From Dehalococcoidia bacterium (GTDB taxonomy: Bacteria; Chloroflexota; Dehalococcoidia; Lucifugimonadales; JAGWBF01), in contig OZ240207.1 of the NCBI GenBank assembly GCA_965197415.1, positions 2,858,957-2,922,956 of the forward strand: a DNA stretch of 64,000 nt, written 5' to 3'. How positions within the stretch are numbered: the first letter of the stretch is position 1; every line of letters begins with the position of its first letter. A program made the translations under genes and the position numbers. Below, one piece after another: positions 42,186 through 50,529 of this stretch. A model generated the notes under the pieces. It made no database searches. It saw only the letters and a program-made list of their open reading frames with translations, and had not been told where the DNA came from.

Positions 42186-44771
42186 TTGTTGGGGAGACTG
42201 CTCTCTAGTGGTCTGTGGAGCGCATTTCAGGTGCGCCCTACACGCCTTATGTTGTCGCTGCTTGCTCTGTTGGTGGTAAGCTTGCTGTTGGTCGCGGCCT
42301 GCAACGGCGATGCCAGGTCCACCGCTACCCCTGAACCAACCGACGAAGCGCCCACCGTCCAGCCTACTCCTAGAGCTACATCCACGCCCCGACCCACGAA
42401 CACTCCGGTTCCCACGTCTACGCCGACCGTGGCTCCCAGGACGCCCACCGCCACCCCTACTATAGCGCCCACTCCGCCTCCCCCTACGCCAACGCTGCCA
42501 CCGCCCCCAACGTCAACGCCGCCTCCAACACCAACACTGGCTCCGACGCCAACCCCGACGCCGGCGCTGCCGCCACAGCGCGCCCACAGCGAGGGACTTG
42601 AGATCCAGTTGACTTCACCGATGGGGGATTTGACGCTGTCTCAAGGGACGGTGTCGGTGACCGGTCTAACTTCCCCCAATGCTGTAGTGAGCGTCAACGG
42701 TTTGATTGCTGACGTCGATGACGAGGGAAATTTCTCAATCGAAAACATTCCGCTCGATGAAGGCCCCAACCTGCTGGAAATCATAGCGTCGGACCTCTCT
42801 GGGGCCGTCGCATACGAGACTCTGGCTGTGGCGGTCACCGGGGGCGACGCTGTCTTCGGCGTCGTAAGCCGGATAGACGCTGTCGGGCAAGGACTCACGA
42901 GGATTGTCGTGGACTCACCGGACGGAAGCAGCATTGCGGTCCAAGCCACTCTTTTTACCGGTGTGCTGATTCCGGGAAGCGCCTCCGCCGTGATTGGCGA
43001 CATCCGCATAGGAGATTCTATAGTTGCCACCGACTCCGTCGACGCCGGAGTTGCCTCTGCAGAGCTCATAATGGTTAAGCCGTCGTCTCCCGTCTCCCAT
43101 GCCCACATCGTAGCGGCCCTGGTGGGGGTTTCACAAACCGGAGATGCCCAACTGATGGACGCCCAGGGGAACCTGGTGACAGTGGCGGTCTCACCTACGG
43201 TTGGCGCCGCACTCCAACCCGCCGGCATAGTAACGGCTGTGCTCAGCCAGGACCTGAAGACAGGTGTGCTGGCCCTTAGCGGAGCCGAGATTTCCAGCCA
43301 CAGCATGGGCAGGCTCAAGACTGCTTTGGAAGAGGCTGCAAAACGGGGAGCTACAGACAACGAGACTCGGTTGGGACACAGGATGCGGCAGGCTGCCACC
43401 GGGTCCCTGACTACCTCTATGGAGCTTATATCCAGAGTCGACCCCAACGTTCGGTTCATATTCCAGCAGTCCTTCAACACACTCCTGACCGCGTTGTCTC
43501 AGACTCTGGCAGACCTGGGTCTCGGCCCTGCGCTCGTGAGAGGCGGAGGGGTCATTCAGGGGACTTCAGCCGCTGGAGACTCAGTCGTAGTTGCTCCAGA
43601 GATTGGTCCAGAATTCATCTTGAATCTCCCCGGCGACACTGAACTGACCATCTTTGGAGAGCCTGCGGTGGTCGATGACTTGGAGCCCGGTCAGAGAACG
43701 GTTTTCCTATACGACCCATCCGACACATCCGTTTCCAGCTTGGACGTGCTGTTCCCTCGGCTCCCCGCGGCGGCGGCGGAAGCGCTGCGAGGCCAGGCTA
43801 TGGCGGGAGAATTGCAAGGCGTCCTGGCGTCCCCACCTGTCGCCGGTTCGGTGGCGTTGAGGTTGGACACCGGAGAGCAGGTGACGTTCCCGCTCTCAGA
43901 CGACGTTGTAGTCAGTGTATTCGGGCTTCCCGCCGGTCTGGACGCCCTTCAGGTCGGGGCAAATGTCAAGGTCCTCTACGATGATGACCTGGGCGCTGTC
44001 GTGGCCATAGACGCTGTCATAGCCAACCAGACCTTCATAAGCGGCGTGGTGGAGGCCATCGTGCCTAAGTTCCGGGTGGGGCTCGTCATTCCGGGCGCCA
44101 GCGAAGAAGGAAACTTGATAGTCATCACCCCTCAGGGGGAGCGCGTTGTCCTCAAGATAACGGAAGGGACGATCGTGGAACGGGACAGCGTCGTGCTCAA
44201 CATAGGCGCTCCCAAGTTGGGAGACCTGGTGCGCCCCACCAGCAGCTATGACCCGGCCACGAGGAACTTGATCAAGCTCTCGGTCAGGTCTCCCGAACTC
44301 AGCGGGACCGTTCGAGGGAAGTCGGAAAGCCAGCCCGGCAATAGGACTCTGACCCTGTCCACCGACTCTCTGAAGCTCGTCAGCTTCAAGTTGCTCGACT
44401 ACACCATGCTGCTTGTCAGGGGCGACCAGGGCGACGAGGAAGCCGCCTTCGACGACCTGGAAGAAGGTTCCAGGGTGGTGTACGCCCGATACGAACCCTT
44501 CACAGGAGGTTTGTCCAAGCTGCTGTTGGACCCGCCGCGAACGAGATCGGCCAGCGGCGCCATAGCGTTCCTGGACAAAGAGAACGGCGTCATTTCGGTG
44601 ACTACGCAGGTAGGGGCGACCATAAGGCTGCTCATCCCCAACAAGCCGGGTATCGTAACCGTGAACGGCCAACCAGGCTCCTTCAGGGACCTGACGGAGA
44701 CCATGCTCATCGACGAGGTCCACTACGACAGGAACAACATCGTAGTCCTTCTTAACGCCTCCGGGGCATAG
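42186..44771 (+). CDS. Large predicted lipoprotein with Pro/Thr-rich linker, Ig-like domain and repeated beta-barrel (DUF5666-like) modules
   Basis: Signal plus lipobox 'LLLVAAC', a ~90-aa PT-rich tract, and repeated 'G.V..ID....L.V....G..V.V....T.I' units. Start is TTG 42186 or ATG 42249. Confidence 0.7.
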   Translation: MLGRLLSSGLWSAFQVRPTRLMLSLLALLVVSLLLVAACNGDARSTATPEPTDEAPTVQPTPRATSTPRPTNTPVPTSTPTVAPRTPTATPTIAPTPPPPTPTLPPPPTSTPPPTPTLAPTPTPTPALPPQRAHSEGLEIQLTSPMGDLTLSQGTVSVTGLTSPNAVVSVNGLIADVDDEGNFSIENIPLDEGPNLLEIIASDLSGAVAYETLAVAVTGGDAVFGVVSRIDAVGQGLTRIVVDSPDGSSIAVQATLFTGVLIPGSASAVIGDIRIGDSIVATDSVDAGVASAELIMVKPSSPVSHAHIVAALVGVSQTGDAQLMDAQGNLVTVAVSPTVGAALQPAGIVTAVLSQDLKTGVLALSGAEISSHSMGRLKTALEEAAKRGATDNETRLGHRMRQAATGSLTTSMELISRVDPNVRFIFQQSFNTLLTALSQTLADLGLGPALVRGGGVIQGTSAAGDSVVVAPEIGPEFILNLPGDTELTIFGEPAVVDDLEPGQRTVFLYDPSDTSVSSLDVLFPRLPAAAAEALRGQAMAGELQGVLASPPVAGSVALRLDTGEQVTFPLSDDVVVSVFGLPAGLDALQVGANVKVLYDDDLGAVVAIDAVIANQTFISGVVEAIVPKFRVGLVIPGASEEGNLIVITPQGERVVLKITEGTIVERDSVVLNIGAPKLGDLVRPTSSYDPATRNLIKLSVRSPELSGTVRGKSESQPGNRTLTLSTDSLKLVSFKLLDYTMLLVRGDQGDEEAAFDDLEEGSRVVYARYEPFTGGLSKLLLDPPRTRSASGAIAFLDKENGVISVTTQVGATIRLLIPNKPGIVTVNGQPGSFRDLTETMLIDEVHYDRNNIVVLLNASGA

Positions 44772-44955
44772 CGGTCTTTCGCCAAATAAAGCCCGGCCCC
44801 CCCACTTCTGTTGAAAAGGAACGGGGCGCCGGGGGCCGCGTTGGGAAGGACATGCAAGAACACATCCAAGCATTCGTCCTTTCCGTCATACTCGGTTTCC
44901 TAATCCGTTCCTTCGCCTTGTGACCACTGCCCGACAACCGCCTCATATTAAGGTG

Positions 44956-44996
44956 GGGGCCGTCATGCCATCCGGCATCACGGCCCCTTTTCTTTT
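44956..44996 (+). terminator. Rho-independent terminator
   Basis: GGGGCCG...CGGCCCC stem with an inner ATGCC/GGCAT pairing, followed by TTTTCTTTT. Confidence 0.6.
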
Positions 44997-45251
44997 GTGA
45001 CTTATATACAATGCTACCCGTACCGTATAACGAAAACTCTTGGCATCACTCCCGCAAAGGCGCAACATGCGATACAATTGTATTACAGTATTACAGTGGT
45101 ATAGGCAACTGTCGGGCCTGTTTGACAACGCAAAGGAGGCAGCATGTCAGACAAAGAACCAAGGCGGGAGACCGCCTACGCTCTGGCGCATCCCCGACAC
45201 GTTCGAGAACGTGATTAAGGCCCTGGTGAAGCCGGTTAAGGGGAAAGGCTA

Positions 45252-45461
45252 ATGGTTACTCTAGAACGCATACAAGCTATTGAGACTCGTGTAGAGGTTC
45301 TGGAGAAAAGTACAGCTTCTCTTACAGACCCTCTAACAAGGGTGCTGGACCTAACTGGACGGTTTATTGCTCATGCCGAAGCCATTGATAAGCGCATGGA
45401 CAGGATGGAAGCAACCCTCAATCAAGTGTTGGAGCATGTCCAAGGACGCACCACTTACTAA
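45252..45461 (+). CDS. Hypothetical small coiled-coil protein (69 aa) in the AT-richer island
   Basis: Its ATG overlaps the stop of the upstream frame (TAATG). Heptad-like 'IQAIETRVEVLEK'. No homology evidence. Confidence 0.3.
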   Translation: MVTLERIQAIETRVEVLEKSTASLTDPLTRVLDLTGRFIAHAEAIDKRMDRMEATLNQVLEHVQGRTTY

Positions 45462-45768
45462 CCCGTAAGTTCCCTGTATCTAAGTCGCTTCCCTTCCATC
45501 CCTGAATCATACCCCGTATCTGTTCCACAGTGTCCTTGGGCCGTTCATTGTGCCTTCCGGCAAATTCGGAGGCGTACCGCCCTACATGCTTGTGACTAAT
45601 GTGGTGATACGTTCCAGTTATCCCACGATTCAGCATCGCCCAGAAACTCTCAATCCCGTTTGTCGTAGCCATGCCCTTCACGTATTCTCCAGCATTGTAT
45701 ATAAGTCCCTTTCTTTTGTGTCCCCTTCTACCGAAAGGGACAGGTTGAAGGCCCCTAACGGGCGGCAC
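45418..45768 (-). pseudogene. IS1595-family (ISXO2-like DDE) transposase remnant, N-terminally truncated and internally deleted
   Basis: 'TNGIESFWAMLNRGITGTYHHISHKHVGRYASEFAGRHNER' matches the conserved C-terminal block of IS1595 transposases. The ORF is only 116 aa, and 'GRRGHKRKG' joins directly to the 'AGEYVKG' region. Confidence 0.65.
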
Positions 45769-45802
45769 GGCTCTTTAAGGAAGGAGCGTTGCCGTGCCGC
45801 CC
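45760..45802. repeat. Perfect 12-bp GC hairpin (GGGCGGCACGGC / GCCGTGCCGCCC) with a 19-nt loop
   Basis: Inverted repeat seen directly in the sequence, at the junction between the IS remnant and the ABC exporter upstream region. Confidence 0.5.
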
Positions 45803-45885
45803 TTCCGGGGCGACCCTAAAGGTGGCTGGCGCATTCGTAAGGAACGGGTGGCCGGGGGCGGCGTCCGCACGCCGCCTGGGGGCGC

Positions 45886-45891
45886 TATAAT
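45886..45891 (+). promoter_or_regulatory. TATAAT -10 box 6 nt upstream of the ABC exporter ATG (leaderless-transcript candidate)
   Basis: TATAAT-gcaccg-ATG(45898). No SD and no convincing -35. Confidence 0.35.
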
Positions 45892-45897
45892 GCACCG

Positions 45898-48048
45898 ATG
45901 CCCATTCTCCTCCGACTGGCAGGATACGCCCTGCGCATCTCTCCCTTCCGCCTCGTCCTGGCATACGTCTGCCTCATAGGCTCCACCCTCCTTTCTCTGG
46001 CGATTCCTCGTCTGCTCGGCACCGCAATTGACAAAGTCCTGGAGAGCGGCGATTCCGGTGTGCTGATATGGCTGGCCGCAACAGTGCTGGTCATAAGCCT
46101 GGCCGCCGGAGCTTTCCACTACGGGCAGACCTACTTGTCCGAGTACATCTCCCAGCACGTGGCCTACCGGCTTCGCCACAACTTCCTGGCCCGCCTCCAA
46201 GCCCTCAGCTACGCCTTCCACGATCGGCACAAGACCGGAGACCTGATGTCCAGGGCCGCCGCCGACGTGGAGAGCATCCGCTGGTTCGTGTCTTTCGGTC
46301 TCATATACTCCGTCCACATAATCACGCTGCTTGTGGCCGTGTCGGTCTTGCTCATCACCATATCCTGGGACCTGGGCCTGCTCGGCTTGGCGGCCGTTCC
46401 AGTGGCCGTGAACATCGCCGTCGCCATGACCCGCAGGTTCAGGCGGATGTGGCGGGAGGTGCAGGAAGACACCGGGCGCATGTCGACGGTCCTCCAGGAA
46501 AACCTGTCCGGGATGAGAGTCGTCAAGACTTTCGGCGCGGAGGAACGGCAGATGGAGAAGTTCGGCCAGGCCGCGACCGTCGTCTCCGAAAAGACCTTCG
46601 CCGTCAGCCGCCTTCACGCGGCAAACTCGTCCCTGCTGAACATGCTCTTTACCTTGGTGACCGCCCTGGTGGTCTGGTACGGCGGCACCAAGATCATCAA
46701 TGGCTACGATGCCGCCGCCGGCCTGTTCCTGGGACTGACTCCCGGCGAGCTTACCCAGTTCGTCCTCTACATGGGACTTCTGGTCTTCCCCATACGCATG
46801 TCCGGGTGGGTGGTCAACAACTTCGCCAGGGCCATAGCCGCCGGAACGCGCATCTTCTACGTCATCGACGCCCAATCCCCCGTCCAGGAGAAAGAAAACG
46901 CCCAGCACCTGGAGCGAGCCGAAGGCCGAGTCTCCTTCGAAGCCGTGCGCTTCCACTACGGCCCCCCACTCCCCTCTCCCCCCGCGGGAGAGGGCCAGGG
47001 TGAGGGGGCATCAGAACCCCAGCCCCACGGAGGTCAAACCCCAGACCCCCTCTCCCCCCGGGAGAGGGCCGGGGTGAGGGACGAGGAATCCATCCCCTCT
47101 CCCCTGGCGGGAGAGGGCCAGGGTGAGGGGGAACCAGACTCTCAAACCCCAGACCCCCTCTCCCCCCGGGAGAGGGCCGGGGTGAGGGAGAAGGAATCCA
47201 TCCCCTCTCCCCTCGCGGGAGAGGGTCAGGGTGAGGGGGAATCAGACTCTCAGACCGCAGACCCCCTCTCCCCCCGGGAGAGGGCCGGGGTGAGGGAGTC
47301 CCACCCCGAAGTCCTCCGGAACATAAACCTGACCATAGAACCCGGTCAACGAGTGGCGGTCCTGGGCGCGCCCGGAAGCGGCAAGAGCGCCATGGTGTCC
47401 CTTATTCCCCGGTTCTACGACGTAACATCCGGGCGAATCACCCTGGACAACGTGGACGTTCGAGACCTGAACCTGCGCAGCCTGCGAAGGAACGTGGCCA
47501 TCGTCCCCCAGGACGTGTTCCTGTTCGCCGCCACAATCAGGGAGAACATCGCCTACGGAGTGCCAAACGCCCCTCTGGAGGATGTGATAGAGGCGGCCAG
47601 GTCCGCCCAGATACACGAATTCATAGACAGCCTCCCGGACAAGTACGAGACCCTGGTGGGCGAGCGGGGAATCACCCTGTCCGGCGGCCAACGCCAGCGG
47701 GTCGCCCTTGCCCGCACGCTGCTGATGGACCCTCCCGTCCTCTTGCTGGACGACTCCACCTCCAGCGTCGACGTGGACACGGAGGCCCTGATACAGCGGG
47801 CCCTGGAAGAGGTGATGAAGGGCCGCACCACCATCGCAATCACCCACAGGATAAGCGCCGTCAGAAAAGCCGACCTCGTCCTTGTCATGGAGGGCGGCCG
47901 CATCGTGGAGAGGGGCACACACGACGAGCTGATGGCCCTGAACGGCCTCTACCGGGAGATATACAGGATTCAGCTGGAGATGGAAGGGGACCTGGCGGAC
48001 GGGACCTGGGCTGGGGACGGAGCTGACGGTCAGGGTCGTGCGCTATGA
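45898..48048 (+). CDS. ABC exporter permease/ATPase fusion (type I exporter half-transporter), degenerate-site subunit, with ~110-aa repeat insertion in the NBD
   Basis: 6-TM domain followed by the NBD: Walker A GAPGSGKS, signature [13 protein letters not shown], Walker B 'LLLDDSTS' (Asp in place of the catalytic Glu). 716 aa vs 599 aa for the partner. Confidence 0.9.
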   Translation: MPILLRLAGYALRISPFRLVLAYVCLIGSTLLSLAIPRLLGTAIDKVLESGDSGVLIWLAATVLVISLAAGAFHYGQTYLSEYISQHVAYRLRHNFLARLQALSYAFHDRHKTGDLMSRAAADVESIRWFVSFGLIYSVHIITLLVAVSVLLITISWDLGLLGLAAVPVAVNIAVAMTRRFRRMWREVQEDTGRMSTVLQENLSGMRVVKTFGAEERQMEKFGQAATVVSEKTFAVSRLHAANSSLLNMLFTLVTALVVWYGGTKIINGYDAAAGLFLGLTPGELTQFVLYMGLLVFPIRMSGWVVNNFARAIAAGTRIFYVIDAQSPVQEKENAQHLERAEGRVSFEAVRFHYGPPLPSPPAGEGQGEGASEPQPHGGQTPDPLSPRERAGVRDEESIPSPLAGEGQGEGEPDSQTPDPLSPRERAGVREKESIPSPLAGEGQGEGESDSQTADPLSPRERAGVRESHPEVLRNINLTIEPGQRVAVLGAPGSGKSAMVSLIPRFYDVTSGRITLDNVDVRDLNLRSLRRNVAIVPQDVFLFAATIRENIAYGVPNAPLEDVIEAARSAQIHEFIDSLPDKYETLVGERGITLSGGQRQRVALARTLLMDPPVLLLDDSTSSVDVDTEALIQRALEEVMKGRTTIAITHRISAVRKADLVLVMEGGRIVERGTHDELMALNGLYREIYRIQLEMEGDLADGTWAGDGADGQGRAL
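46971..47296 (+). repeat. Tandem array of six GC-rich hairpin units (three 108-bp super-repeats) inside the ABC exporter CDS
   Basis: Units start near 46971, 47045, 47094, 47152, 47202 and 47262. The A2-to-A3 period is 108 bp (47091 to 47199). The translated 36-aa repeat is 'ESIPSPLAGEGQGEGE.DSQT.DPLSPRERAGVR'. Confidence 0.9.
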
Positions 48049-49844
48049 GGGGCGGCAGCAGGGCAATCCATCGACGAATGGGCGCCGCGGCCGAGGCGGC
48101 GGAAAACCGGCAAGGCTACGACTACCGGCTGGTGTTCCGCATGATGGCCTTCGTCAAGCCCGACAAGGGCAAGGTCGTCGTCTCCGTGGCAGCCATGTTC
48201 ATCTTTTCCGGCACGGTGGTGGCGGCTCCCTGGCTCATCGAGAGGGCCATCGACAGCGTCGTTGCCCACCGGGACGCCAACGGCCTCCGCATGGCCGCCA
48301 TTCTCCTGGCCGTCAACGCCGTGGTCGGATACTTCAGCAACTTCATCCACCTGGCCACCATGTCCAGGGTCGGGCAAAACCTGCTGCTTAGGCTTCGAAG
48401 GGCCACCTTCGACCATCTCCAGCGGCTGTCCATGTCTTACTACGACCGTGCTGAGGTGGGCGGCATCATGTCGCGGGTCCAGAACGACGTCCAGCAGCTC
48501 CAGGAGTTCCTTTCCATATTCGTCCTGGCGTTGAGCGATCTGGTCGTCTTGGTGGGAATCGTAGTGGCTATGCTCCTGATGAATGCGGAACTGGCCTTGA
48601 TCACCTTCTCGGTAGTGCCTGTTCTGCTGGTCATGATGGTCTTATGGCAGCGATATGCCCTGCGGATCTTCATGCGAGTCCGTCGTGAAGTGGCCCACGT
48701 CAACTCGGAGCTTCAGGAGAACATTTCGGGAATTCGGGTGATTCAGAGTCTGGACCGGCAGGACGAGAACCTCAGTCAGTTCGACGACGCCAACCGGCGC
48801 TACGTGGACACCAGCATGAACGCCACGCGGCTGTCCGCGGCTCTGAACCCGTCGGTGGAGCTTGTTTCGGCGGTGTCCACCGCTTTGGTGATAATCTTCG
48901 GCGGACTCATGGTGTTGGACGGGAACATCGAGGTCGTGGGAGTGCTGGTGGCGTTCGCCCTGTACATCCAACGTTTCTTCGACCCCATACGCTCCCTCAC
49001 CATGCAGTACGGTCAACTCCAAAGGGCCGTGGCTTCTGGCCGGCACATCTTCGAGATTCTCGACACGGAGCCGTTGATACAGGACAGGCCTGGAGCGCCT
49101 CCTATGCCGCCTCTCATGGGAGAAGTGCGCTATGAAGGGGTCAGCTTTCACTACATCCCCGGAATGCCTGTGCTCAAGGACGTTGACCTCGTCATCCGAC
49201 CGGGAGAGAGGGTTGCGCTGGCTGGGCCGACAGGGGCGGGCAAAACTACGTTGGCCTCTCTTATTTCCCGCTTGTATGACGTAACCGACGGTCGTGTGCT
49301 AGTCGACGGCCATGACGTACGCGACGTAGCGAGGACCAGCCTGAACCACCAGGTCAGCGTAGTGAGCCAGGAGCCGTTTCTGTTTTCGGGCACGATCATG
49401 GACAACATCCGGTTCGCCAACCCTGACGCTTCCGATGAAGAGGTCATCCAGGCGTCCCGGGCGGTCGGCGCCCACGGGTTCATACAACAGCTGGAAGCGG
49501 GCTACGACGCTCAGGTCGAGGAGCGGGGGATCAACTTCAGCCCGGGCCAGCGACAGTTGATATCCCTGGCCAGGGCCCTGGTGGCCAAGCCGAAGATTGT
49601 AGTGCTGGATGAGGCCACGGCCTCCGTGGACTCAAAGACGGAGCTGATGGTCCAGAACGCGCTGGAACGAGTCCTGGAGGGAAGGACTTCCATCATCATC
49701 GCCCACCGCTTTTCGACCATCCGCAGGGCGGACCGTGTGGTTGTGATGGACCAGGGAAGCGTCGTCGAGCAGGGCAGTCACCAACAGCTCCTGGAGCAGA
49801 AGGGCCTCTATGCCCGCCTCTACGCCCTCAACGCCCAGGACTGA
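48045..49844 (+). CDS. ABC exporter permease/ATPase fusion, consensus-site subunit (heterodimer partner)
   Basis: Start overlaps the upstream stop (ATGA). Walker A GPTGAGKTT, Walker B 'VVLDEATASVD' with Glu, H-loop AHR, and an atypical signature 'FSPGQRQ'. Confidence 0.92.
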   Translation: MRGGSRAIHRRMGAAAEAAENRQGYDYRLVFRMMAFVKPDKGKVVVSVAAMFIFSGTVVAAPWLIERAIDSVVAHRDANGLRMAAILLAVNAVVGYFSNFIHLATMSRVGQNLLLRLRRATFDHLQRLSMSYYDRAEVGGIMSRVQNDVQQLQEFLSIFVLALSDLVVLVGIVVAMLLMNAELALITFSVVPVLLVMMVLWQRYALRIFMRVRREVAHVNSELQENISGIRVIQSLDRQDENLSQFDDANRRYVDTSMNATRLSAALNPSVELVSAVSTALVIIFGGLMVLDGNIEVVGVLVAFALYIQRFFDPIRSLTMQYGQLQRAVASGRHIFEILDTEPLIQDRPGAPPMPPLMGEVRYEGVSFHYIPGMPVLKDVDLVIRPGERVALAGPTGAGKTTLASLISRLYDVTDGRVLVDGHDVRDVARTSLNHQVSVVSQEPFLFSGTIMDNIRFANPDASDEEVIQASRAVGAHGFIQQLEAGYDAQVEERGINFSPGQRQLISLARALVAKPKIVVLDEATASVDSKTELMVQNALERVLEGRTSIIIAHRFSTIRRADRVVVMDQGSVVEQGSHQQLLEQKGLYARLYALNAQD

Positions 49845-49945
49845 CCGACGTTCCTTCTACAGTTTATTCTGGGTGTCTGTCAGCCCTTTTGCACCTGGGC
49901 CTCCCTCTACCCCGTTCGGCCTGAGCCTGTCGACGGCCCGCCGCT

Positions 49946-49974
49946 TTGACATGAGAATAGCCTGCTGATATATT
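49946..49974 (+). promoter_or_regulatory. Promoter candidate TTGACA-17-TATATT
   Basis: Hexamers at 49946-49951 and 49969-49974, 46 nt upstream of the comD-like ATG. Confidence 0.55.
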
Positions 49975-50019
49975 CCCCCTTGGCTTCAATGCCTCTAAGT
50001 TCAATTCCCAAGGAGAACC

Positions 50020-50529
50020 ATGGCTCAGTGGGCCCAGACGATCGTTGACTGCCTGAAAGAATCGGACATATCCTTCATCACCTTCGTGCCCGACGTCAAC
50101 ATTGGGCAGATCATTCCTCTGATGGAGGAGGACCCCTACTTCCACGTGGTCTACGCCGCCAGGGAAGAGGAGGCTGTGGGCATCGCCGTGGGAGCTTACG
50201 CCGCGGGACGGAAGTCGGCGGTTTTCATGCAGTCCAGCGGTTTCGGCAACAGCATCAATGCAGTGGCCAGCCTCTGCGTGCCCTTCCGCACACCCATTCC
50301 CTTCTTCATCAACATGAGAGGAGACTTGGGAGAGTTCAATATCGCCCAGGTCCCGATGGGGAAGGCGACTCGGCCAATCCTGGACCTTTTCGGCCTGCCC
50401 CACTACACAATCACCGAGGAGGAAGGCCTCGACCGGACCGTCAAAGGCGCAATGCAGCTTTGCTATGCCTCGCGACAGCCGGTGGCCCTATGCCTGACTC
50501 CCCTTCTCCACGGGGGCAAGATTGCATAG
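50020..50529 (+). CDS. comD: Sulfopyruvate/phosphonopyruvate decarboxylase alpha subunit-like (TPP enzyme N-terminal PYR domain)
   Basis: 169 aa. 'FITFVPDVNIGQI', 'AREEEAVGIAVGAYAAG' and 'MQSSGFGNSINA' resemble ComD. SD AAGGAG. Confidence 0.7.
   Translation: MAQWAQTIVDCLKESDISFITFVPDVNIGQIIPLMEEDPYFHVVYAAREEEAVGIAVGAYAAGRKSAVFMQSSGFGNSINAVASLCVPFRTPIPFFINMRGDLGEFNIAQVPMGKATRPILDLFGLPHYTITEEEGLDRTVKGAMQLCYASRQPVALCLTPLLHGGKIA

Noticed and set aside
42641-44873. 279-aa and 325-aa minus-strand ORFs (42641..43480, 43896..44873)
   Set aside because: Both are antisense to the 861-aa lipoprotein gene, which has a signal peptide with lipobox and an internal repeat architecture.
44772-45897. Prophage or integrative element
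   Set aside because: There is no integrase/recombinase, no att-like direct repeats, no tRNA target and no phage structural genes. Only a decayed IS-type transposase fragment and small ORFs are present.
45775-46956. 393-aa minus-strand ORF
   Set aside because: Antisense to the transmembrane domain of the ABC exporter. The translation is Gly/Asp/His-rich and non-membrane, with no start signals.
46971-47296. Regularly spaced palindromic repeats considered as a CRISPR array
   Set aside because: - The units are ~35 bp but are separated by only 8-35 nt.
- The spacers are themselves repeated (108-bp super-repeat).
- The array lies in-frame inside a conserved ABC gene.
- No cas genes or leader are present.
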